DNA from: Crocosphaera subtropica ATCC 51142
GTDB lineage: Bacteria > Cyanobacteriota > Cyanobacteriia > Cyanobacteriales > Microcystaceae
DNA length: 32,000 bases
NCBI RefSeq assembly: GCF_000017845.1
Contig: NC_010546.1
Coordinates: forward strand, 900,001-932,000
Direction: 5' to 3'
Both the position numbers and the translations under genes were made by a program. This document shows positions 8,688 to 15,395 of the stretch, piece by piece; the stretch's first letter is position 1; each line of letters opens with the position of its first letter. Below the pieces are notes generated by a model that was given only the letters and a program-made list of their open reading frames with translations, was not told the origin of the DNA and did not search any database.

Positions 8688-9575
8688 ATGAATATTAGTC
8701 ACCTATTGCGACAATATGAACAAGGTTATCGAGAATTCCCAGAACTAGATCTAAGTGGGGCAGATTTATCACGAGTCATGTTAATCTGCGTCGATTTAAG
8801 CAGATCGAACTTAATGGGAATTAACCTGAGTCGTGGATTTTTAACAAAATCGAATTTAAGTCAAGCTAGTTTAAATTGGGCAGATTTATCCTATGCAAAA
8901 ATGAGTCAGTCTCAACTCATCAAAACAGATTTAACCAAAGCCAATTTAACTGGGGCGTTTATGGTTAAATCGATTTTAATTAAGGCTAAGTTAAGTGGGG
9001 CGAATTTATCTCATAGTAATTTACGGTCTGCCGATTTATCTTATGCTAATTGTTGTGGGGCTAATCTTCAGAAAATTAACCTCAGAGAAGCTAATTTAAC
9101 AGGGGTCAATTTTAATTGGGCTAATCTTTCACAAGCCCGTTTAAGTTGTGCAAATTTACAAGAAGTATCCTTTTTTGGGGCTAATTTAAGTCATACGTTT
9201 ATCAAAGACGTTGATTTAAGTTATGCTGATTTAGAAGGAATTAATTTTGAAAAATGCCGACTTGGATCTAGTAATCTTCAAGGGGCTAAGTTACAAGGGG
9301 CTAATTTTCAAGGGGCTAAGTTACATCATATCAATTTACGAGGGGCAAATCTTCAAGGGGCTAATTTAAGGGATGCAGATTTAGAAGGGTCTGATTTAAC
9401 CAATGCTATTATTGAAGATGCTGATTTTACTAATGCTAAATTTAACGAGACTAAGGTTATTGGAACTCATTTAGCCCCCCAAACTATCCTCCCAAATTTA
9501 CCACGATCGCAAGTTCACGAAACCTCTAAATATGTCGGTTCTTTTGAACTTTTGCAAACAGGTTTTGCTGTTTAA
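8688..9575 (+). CDS. Pentapeptide-repeat protein
   Basis: Continuous A(D/N)LSxA(N/D)Lxx pentads run for more than 230 aa. The ORF track starts at a TTG (8634); the first ATG is at 8688, so the start is uncertain. Confidence 0.88.
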   Translation: MNISHLLRQYEQGYREFPELDLSGADLSRVMLICVDLSRSNLMGINLSRGFLTKSNLSQASLNWADLSYAKMSQSQLIKTDLTKANLTGAFMVKSILIKAKLSGANLSHSNLRSADLSYANCCGANLQKINLREANLTGVNFNWANLSQARLSCANLQEVSFFGANLSHTFIKDVDLSYADLEGINFEKCRLGSSNLQGAKLQGANFQGAKLHHINLRGANLQGANLRDADLEGSDLTNAIIEDADFTNAKFNETKVIGTHLAPQTILPNLPRSQVHETSKYVGSFELLQTGFAV

Positions 9576-9656
9576 TCATTGATGATTATCGAACAATTTA
9601 GTTATCAATGAATAGCGGCCACTGGTCACTACTCACTGATAACTGTTGACTGTGTT

Positions 9657-9766
9657 AACGTGAGTTCGGAGGTCGAAGTTAGGATTTTTTTAGCGAGGAA
9701 ATCAGGGTTTAAAACTTCTTTTTGGTTGTCAGTTCTCCATAGATTCTCTTCTGTCGAACTCACGTT
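9657..9766. mobile_element. 110-bp MITE-like element: 12-bp perfect terminal inverted repeats flanked by a 5-bp direct repeat
   Basis: AACGTGAGTTCG (9657-9668) is the reverse complement of CGAACTCACGTT (9755-9766). GTGTT lies immediately outside both ends (9652-9656 and 9767-9771). No coding capacity. Confidence 0.45.
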
Positions 9767-9772
9767 GTGTTA

Positions 9773-10870
9773 TTATTTGTTTTTTTGTTGATTTTTAGCT
9801 TGTTCGATGGCTATTTCTTTCATCGCTTCAAAGGAATTTCGATTTGAACTCCCTTCAATGGCTTTAACCGCTAAATCTTGAACTTGTTTTAGGGAAGCTT
9901 CTAACTGTTGAGAGAGTTTTTGCTGACGAATTTCTTGATTATTGATGGTTTCTTCTAAAGCAACAATTCTTAGTTCATAATTGTGTTTTTCTCCTTCTAT
10001 TTCTTTACTTCGTAAGTCCGATTTTATTTTAGCTTGATAGGTTCCAATTCCCTTTCCTTCTTCTTTAGCCTGTTTGATTTTCTGTTCTAATTCCTCTTGT
10101 AATTGTTCAAGTTTAGCTTTTGTTTCTTGCTGTTCTTTTTCTTGTTGACTAATGTTTTCTTCCTTTTCTTGCCATTGTTTTTCTTGGGTTTCTCTAGTCT
10201 CTTTTAGTTCTTGATATAACCCTTGTTTTTCTGCTTGATATTGTTCTTCATCCAGTTGTCTTTCTAATTTTACATTATAAGTATATTGTTCTTGTTCTCG
10301 TTTCTTATTCGTCAAATATTCTTGTTCTCTTTCTTGGATTTCTCGATTATAATTTTGTTTTTCTTTGTGCCAATTTTTTTGTAATTCTTCTAATTCTTTA
10401 GCTAGGGTATCTTGTTGTTTGCTTAATTCTTCTTCGTTAGTTTTTGAGGTGGTTTGATACTCTTCAATTAGGTTAGATAGAGTCTCATCTTCGATGGTTT
10501 CAATATTATGTAATTCTTCTAATTCTGCTAACTCTTCTGTCGCAATTTTATTGAGTTCTGCTAGTAAGGAAGCTTCAGCTATTAATTGTTCTGATAAATG
10601 GCTAACGGCACTACCAAAATTATTTTGTACTTTTTCTAAACTTTCAATGGTTAAAGTAATGTTATTATTGAACAGGGTGTTTGCTGCTGTCATGACTTTT
10701 TTCTTGGCAGAATTAGAATCTTGATTATTCGATGTAATAGTTTGAGTGACTTGTGGTGTTTTTGTCAGTTGCTTAACTTGACTTTCTAATGCTGATTTTT
10801 CCTGCATTAGTTCTTCATAAGCCTCTAAAATCTGGGATTTTGTGTTTTTAGAATTTATTTTTTGTGCCAT
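9773..10870 (-). CDS. Coiled-coil protein B (paralog of the upstream gene), function unknown
   Basis: 365 aa, very E/K/Q-rich with heptad-like periodicity. No TM segment, signal peptide or catalytic motif. AAGAGGTG lies 7 nt before the ATG, 34 nt after the stop of the upstream gene. Confidence 0.7.
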   Translation of the reverse strand: MAQKINSKNTKSQILEAYEELMQEKSALESQVKQLTKTPQVTQTITSNNQDSNSAKKKVMTAANTLFNNNITLTIESLEKVQNNFGSAVSHLSEQLIAEASLLAELNKIATEELAELEELHNIETIEDETLSNLIEEYQTTSKTNEEELSKQQDTLAKELEELQKNWHKEKQNYNREIQEREQEYLTNKKREQEQYTYNVKLERQLDEEQYQAEKQGLYQELKETRETQEKQWQEKEENISQQEKEQQETKAKLEQLQEELEQKIKQAKEEGKGIGTYQAKIKSDLRSKEIEGEKHNYELRIVALEETINNQEIRQQKLSQQLEASLKQVQDLAVKAIEGSSNRNSFEAMKEIAIEQAKNQQKNK

Positions 10871-10904
10871 TTATACACCTCTTGATTTGATGATTTAGGT
10901 TAGT

Positions 10905-11882
10905 TTAGTTGTTGCCTTGAAATGCTCTTAAAGCTAAGTTTTGCGCTTGGGTAGTTGTATTTTGCAGTTGGGTATTTAATTCTGCTATTTGTTCATTATT
11001 TTGAATAATTTTTGTTTCTAAAGCTTGGATTTTAAATTCATATCCTTGCTTATTTAATTCCCATTCTTTTTCGAGTAAATCGATTTTAATTTGGGCTTCT
11101 CTATCAGCTGATTTAATAGCTTCTCCTTTAGCTTTATTGTATTCTTCTTTGATTTTTGCCTCTAATTGATCTATTTTTTGCTTGTTAGCTTCAAATTCTT
11201 CTCCATTTTGAGCTAAGATAGCTTCTCGTTCTTTCCAGGCTTTTTCTTTTGCTGTATTTAACAATTGTATTTCTCTTTCTTGTTGCCGTTTTTTCTCTTC
11301 GTATTCATCCTGTTCTATTTTGCGGATTTTTTGAATTTCATATTGATAATTAGCTGCTTCTTGTTCCCTTTGTTTATTGATTAACTCCGTTTCTTCTTCT
11401 ATTCTTGCGCTAAATTCTTCCGCTTCTTTTTCCCAAGTATTCCTTGTTTTCTCTTGTTCTTTTTCTAAGCATTCTTTTTGTTGATTACTTTCTTCTTGTA
11501 ATCGTCTTAGTTTCTCTTGATATTCCTGTCTTAAAATATAAAGGGCATCAGAAACTAATCTCACTTGACGTAGTTTTTGCAGTTGTTCTTGTTTAACGGT
11601 AATGGCTTTTTTAAGGTCATCTAATTTAGTAGATTCTGTAGTTAAATTTCGGGATAAATCTTGGATAATTTGTCCGAAGTCTAATTGCAGAGAAGCCATA
11701 CTATTAACAATGTTATTAACGGTATATTCGCCAGCTTTCTCTAATAATTGTTTATTTTTTTCCTTTTCTAGTTCTTCCTCTTTGGTGATGACACTAGATT
11801 CTTGTTGATGATATTTGCCTAAGAATTGCGTAAAATTAGACAAAATTTGCTCTTTAGTCCCTGTTAAAGTTTCTTGTACCAT
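10905..11882 (-). CDS. Coiled-coil protein A (paralog of the downstream gene), function unknown
   Basis: 325 aa, E/K/Q-rich. Shares ordered blocks with protein B, listed in the 9773-13029 finding. AGGAAA precedes the ATG. Confidence 0.7.
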   Translation of the reverse strand: MVQETLTGTKEQILSNFTQFLGKYHQQESSVITKEEELEKEKNKQLLEKAGEYTVNNIVNSMASLQLDFGQIIQDLSRNLTTESTKLDDLKKAITVKQEQLQKLRQVRLVSDALYILRQEYQEKLRRLQEESNQQKECLEKEQEKTRNTWEKEAEEFSARIEEETELINKQREQEAANYQYEIQKIRKIEQDEYEEKKRQQEREIQLLNTAKEKAWKEREAILAQNGEEFEANKQKIDQLEAKIKEEYNKAKGEAIKSADREAQIKIDLLEKEWELNKQGYEFKIQALETKIIQNNEQIAELNTQLQNTTTQAQNLALRAFQGNN

Positions 11883-11970
11883 AATTGTAATTTTCCTGGT
11901 GTTAAATGCTCAAAAATTGGGCAACCTTTCTGATAAGGTTTCCTTTGACTTTCTGGAATTCCCTGGTAAG

Positions 11971-12023
11971 TTGATTTTTTAGTCAACACTGTTATGGTAA
12001 GCTAATATTGATTTTTTAGTCAA
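11971..12023. promoter_or_regulatory. Two identical 16-bp palindromic boxes TTGATTTTTTAGTCAA in the divergent control region (putative XRE operators overlapping back-to-back promoters)
   Basis: Exact copies at 11971-11986 and 12008-12023, 37 bp start to start. Each has inverted TTGA/TCAA ends. The reverse complement supplies TTGACT (-35-like) for the leftward operon. TAATAT (12003-12008) is a -10-like hexamer for the rightward XRE gene. Confidence 0.5.
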
Positions 12024-12057
12024 GTGTCATTGAGAAAAAAGTTACCCAGGAGAAACC

Positions 12058-12405
12058 GTGAGTCAAAGTTTTGGTCAAGTGATACGTCAGAGGCGCAAAA
12101 AGAAGGGATATAGTCAAAGGGAATTAGCCCAGAAGCTAGAAATAGATTTTACTTACTTATCCAAGTTAGAGAATGATAGGGCTAAATATTCCCCAAAAGA
12201 AGACATTATTAGAGATTTAGCAGCTTATCTAGACTTAGACGCAGACGAGTTAATTTTTCTAGCAGGGAAACTCCCGGAAGACAATGAGGACTTTTTGCGA
12301 GAACACTATAAAAGTATGCCCACTTTGTTTAGAAGAATGAAAGAAAATCCTAAATTTGCAGAAAAAATATTTAATCAAGCTATCCAAGAAGATACAGAGG
12401 GGTAA
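12058..12405 (+). CDS. XRE-family helix-turn-helix transcriptional regulator
   Basis: 115 aa, GTG start with AGGAG 5 nt upstream. Contains IRQRRKKKGYSQRELAQKLEIDFTYLSKLENDR (HTH_3-type), then ...DLDADELIFLAGKLPED. Confidence 0.85.
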   Translation: MSQSFGQVIRQRRKKKGYSQRELAQKLEIDFTYLSKLENDRAKYSPKEDIIRDLAAYLDLDADELIFLAGKLPEDNEDFLREHYKSMPTLFRRMKENPKFAEKIFNQAIQEDTEG

Positions 12406-12408
12406 ACC

Positions 12409-13029
12409 ATGCAAATATTTAAGCCATTTCGTTTCATTCCGAAAAAAAGGATTGAAAAGCAAGCAACTAGCATTTTGCAGCAGATGCAACAGACACCTAG
12501 CTATGAGTTAAAATTTCCCCTAGATGCTAGTCGAGTGGCAGAATTTTTAGGGTTAGACGTGGTTTGGGATAGTATTCCCAATGACGAGAAAGGAATGATT
12601 GCTGCGAGAATTTTACCCTTAGAAAAGTTAATTGAAATTAATGAATTGATTCCAGAATTAAAGGGAGGGTTTGGAGAATCTACCATTGCCCATGAAATCG
12701 GACATTGGGTATTACATATTGATCAAAATACGGTTGAAAACTGTTTATCAACCGATATAAATATCGTGAAAGTTGACCCCTTATTGTGTCGGAATGAAGT
12801 TAACTTAAGTGGCATTGAGTGGCAAGCACAATATTTTGCTACTTGCTTATTAATGCCTCGTTTTAAATTAAAAGAAATTTGTTACAATCGGAATTTACAA
12901 CAATGGAGAGAATTATATAGTATTGCTGAAGAATTTGGGGTGACTATTTCTAATTTAGTTCATCGATTAAAAGATTTAGAATGGATTGAATTAAAAGAAA
13001 ATTCTCGTAAAATTGAAATTAGAAAATAG
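12409..13029 (+). CDS. ImmA/IrrE-family (COG2856, M78-like) zinc metallopeptidase
   Basis: 206 aa. HExxH motif AHEIGHWVLH, and the downstream block EWQAQYFATCLLMP is typical of the family. The start is 3 nt after the XRE stop, consistent with translational coupling. Confidence 0.85.
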   Translation: MQIFKPFRFIPKKRIEKQATSILQQMQQTPSYELKFPLDASRVAEFLGLDVVWDSIPNDEKGMIAARILPLEKLIEINELIPELKGGFGESTIAHEIGHWVLHIDQNTVENCLSTDINIVKVDPLLCRNEVNLSGIEWQAQYFATCLLMPRFKLKEICYNRNLQQWRELYSIAEEFGVTISNLVHRLKDLEWIELKENSRKIEIRK

Positions 13030-13042
13030 GGCTTTCAAATTA

Positions 13043-13672
13043 TCAATTAACAATGGCTAATTCTCCCTGATTAATAGCCCAACGACGATCAGCGATCGCC
13101 AATAATTCATCGGGATCATGAGATACAATTAATAAAGTCCAATGTTGCTTTAATTTAGATAAAAGCTTAGCCAATTGTAACCGCATAGACCAATCTAATC
13201 CGGCGGTGGGTTCATCTAATAACAATAAATTAGGTTGACGAATTAATTGAACGGCTAAGGCTAAACGTCTTTGCTGTCCCCCACTTAAACGATGGGGAGA
13301 GGTATTCAGAGGAATATCTTGTAAGCCCACTTCTGCTAACGCATTTCTAATACTTTCTGTGGTAATTTCTGGATGACCTAAGCGTAATTCTTCTAAAATG
13401 TTACTGCCACAAAAATGCCGTTCAGGAAACTGAAAAACTAAACCACAGAGTTGTTGTAATTCTAAAAAAGTTAACTCTTGATCTCGCCAAAAAATACGTC
13501 CTTTTGTTTGTTGGGCTAACCCTGCTAAAATTTCTAACAACGTTGTTTTTCCCGAACCACTCGGACCGACAACCAGCCCCAATTCTTGTGATCCCAACTC
13601 TAAATTAGTCGCTTTTAAAATAGGGTCAACGGTTGCAGGGGGATGATACATAACATCTTTAAGATATAACAT
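13043..13672 (-). CDS. ABC transporter ATP-binding protein (ECF/CbiO-like), no adjacent permease
   Basis: 209 aa. Walker A GPSGSGKT, signature LSGGQQRR, Walker B LLLLDEP, H-loop SHD. Convergent with the ImmA gene, with a 13-nt gap. Confidence 0.85.
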   Translation of the reverse strand: MLYLKDVMYHPPATVDPILKATNLELGSQELGLVVGPSGSGKTTLLEILAGLAQQTKGRIFWRDQELTFLELQQLCGLVFQFPERHFCGSNILEELRLGHPEITTESIRNALAEVGLQDIPLNTSPHRLSGGQQRRLALAVQLIRQPNLLLLDEPTAGLDWSMRLQLAKLLSKLKQHWTLLIVSHDPDELLAIADRRWAINQGELAIVN

Positions 13673-13815
13673 TATTTAATTGCTAATTCCTAATAATTAG
13701 TATGAATGAGGGACTATTTGATTTTTCTAACGTTTTATTTTACCTTAAAATTCTTCTATCCTTGTTAAATAAGGTAATATACAATAATAGCTATAACGGT
13801 TAACTTCTAAATCCT

Positions 13816-14061
13816 ATGTCTAAAAACAATTTATCTCCTGCTATTTCCCAGGAACCACGATATGAACCGGCTGCAGTCATTCCTGTTAAGCGGGACTCTT
13901 CTATTATCAATTGGTTAGAAGCGACGAATCGCTTAATTTATCGTGAACAGGAAGAGACAAAAACCCCTCTAGAAGAAGATGCAGAAATCTCTGAATTAAT
14001 CGAGGTGGATGACAACTACGATGATGATGACGATGATCTTAGTATAGACGATGAAGATTAA
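13816..14061 (+). CDS. Small acidic protein, DUF3134-like
   Basis: 81 aa. EPRYEPAAVIPVKRDSSIINWLEATNRLI followed by a polyacidic tail. Family assignment is from memory. Confidence 0.5.
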   Translation: MSKNNLSPAISQEPRYEPAAVIPVKRDSSIINWLEATNRLIYREQEETKTPLEEDAEISELIEVDDNYDDDDDDLSIDDED

Positions 14062-14077
14062 GTCATAAAAGCATAGT

Positions 14078-14105
14078 AAGGGGAACAATTCTTATCATTC
14101 CCCTT
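14078..14105 (+). terminator. Hairpin downstream of the DUF3134-like gene
   Basis: AAGGGGAA (14078-14085) pairs with TTCCCCTT (14098-14105) around a 12-nt loop. The T-run is weak. Confidence 0.3.
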
Positions 14106-14146
14106 TCATCCCATGTAGTTAATGTTGAGTTGGTAATGGTATTTTA

Positions 14147-15256
14147 ATGGCTGTGGTAGATGCAAACGTTTCTCCTGAAATCTCCCTAAGAAAACCCTCA
14201 GGAAACAACTTGTTAGTGTTACTAACTGGGTTATTATTACTTCTTACCTTTGGTTTTGCTGAATTTTTTGGTCAACTGGCCACTTTTAGTCAGGTATTAT
14301 TGCTTCCTTTGGGGGTGTCTGCCGTCATTAGTGGCTTAATGGGTTATGGGGTGGTGCCTTTTTTACGACGGTTAAAAGCCGGTCAAATTATTCAAGAAGA
14401 CGGGCCACAAACCCATCTAAGCAAAGCCGGAACCCCCACCATGGGAGGAATTTTTTTTGTCCCGGTGGTGGTGATTATTGCGGTAATTGGATCACACTTT
14501 GCCTCGGCTGCGATCGCGGTTTCTCTGGTCACTTTAGCCTATATGATGATTGGCTGGATTGATGATTGGCAAATTTTACGGCAACAGTCCAATAAGGGAC
14601 TTACGCCCCGAATGAAACTGATTTTACAAATTGCGATCGCTGTTGCCTTTTGTGTTTGGACGGCTTGGACTCAATCGACCACCATTACCAACGTAACCTT
14701 ACCAGGGAGTCTCATTCTACCCCTAGGAACATTATTTTGGGCTTTAGCAGTATTTGTTCTCGTTGCTGAAAGTAATGCTACCAACCTCACCGATGGGGTA
14801 GACGGGTTAGCTGGAGGAACAGCAGCCTTAGCCTTTCTAGGGTTAGGCATTCTAGTGGCAACTACCACCCCAGAATTAGGAATATTTTGTGCTTGTATGA
14901 GTGGGGGATGTTTAGGATTTGTCCTTCATAATCGTAACCCGGCCACCGTCTTTATGGGGGACACCGGATCGTTAGCTTTAGGGGGGGCGTTGGCTGCCGT
15001 TGGAATTTTAAGTGGTAATCTATGGGCATTATTTGTGGTGAGTGGCATTTTCTTTGTCGAATCTCTATCGGTGATTGCTCAAGTGAGTTACTATAAAGCC
15101 ACAAAAGGGCCTGACGGCGTTGGAAAAAGATTGCTAAAAATGGCACCGTTACACCATCATTTAGAATTGAGTGGTTGGTGCGAAACCCAAATTGTGGGAA
15201 TTTTTTATTTGATCAACGCAGGATTAGCAATATTAGCTATTCTTTCATCATTATAA
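14147..15256 (+). CDS. mraY: Phospho-N-acetylmuramoyl-pentapeptide transferase
   Basis: 369 aa polytopic membrane protein. Blocks KAGTPTMGG, NATNLTDGVDGLA, HNRNPATVFMGDTGSLALGG, APLHHHLE. Confidence 0.93.
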   Translation: MAVVDANVSPEISLRKPSGNNLLVLLTGLLLLLTFGFAEFFGQLATFSQVLLLPLGVSAVISGLMGYGVVPFLRRLKAGQIIQEDGPQTHLSKAGTPTMGGIFFVPVVVIIAVIGSHFASAAIAVSLVTLAYMMIGWIDDWQILRQQSNKGLTPRMKLILQIAIAVAFCVWTAWTQSTTITNVTLPGSLILPLGTLFWALAVFVLVAESNATNLTDGVDGLAGGTAALAFLGLGILVATTTPELGIFCACMSGGCLGFVLHNRNPATVFMGDTGSLALGGALAAVGILSGNLWALFVVSGIFFVESLSVIAQVSYYKATKGPDGVGKRLLKMAPLHHHLELSGWCETQIVGIFYLINAGLAILAILSSL

Positions 15257-15314
15257 GCATATGAAAAATGTCCTAACTAATTTTTGTCCTACTATATTGT
15301 CTCCTGTGCTTGGT

Positions 15315-15351
15315 GCGCTTTCCAACCGCCGTGGGACGACGGTTGGGTCGC
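15315..15351. terminator. GC-rich nested hairpin at the convergent mraY / metalloprotease junction
   Basis: CCAACCG (15322-15328) pairs with CGGTTGG (15340-15346), plus inner CG/CG and outer GCG/CGC pairs. No clear U-run. Conspicuously GC-rich against AT-rich surroundings. Confidence 0.3.
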
Positions 15352-15395
15352 ATCCGCAATAATGCTCTAACGACGAACTACGAACTCAGGTGATC

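Noticed and set aside
9281-9370. Near-tandem 15-bp DNA repeats (CAAGGGGCTAA-TT-) that might be mistaken for a short repeat array
   Set aside because: They lie in frame inside the pentapeptide-repeat gene and simply encode consecutive LQGAx pentads. They are not a CRISPR array or a non-coding satellite.
10494-11808. ORFs 10494-10724 and 11602-11808 antisense to the coiled-coil genes
   Set aside because: They are S/L/F-rich antisense readings of GAA/CAA/AAA-rich coiled-coil coding sequence. The sense frames are long, paralogous and have ribosome-binding sites.
12259-12686. Minus-strand ORFs 12259-12489 and 12501-12686 overlapping the XRE and ImmA genes
   Set aside because: The plus-strand genes carry clear HTH and HEIGH family motifs. 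The antisense ORFs have no motifs.
9773-13029. Interpreting the XRE/ImmA locus as a prophage or ICE immunity region
   Set aside because: There is no integrase, excisionase, phage structural, replication or conjugation gene anywhere in the window, and no att-like direct repeats were found around the block. The flanking genes are ordinary chromosomal genes.
14671-15146. ORFs 14671-14868 and 14952-15146 antisense in mraY
   Set aside because: They are embedded in a strongly supported mraY CDS.
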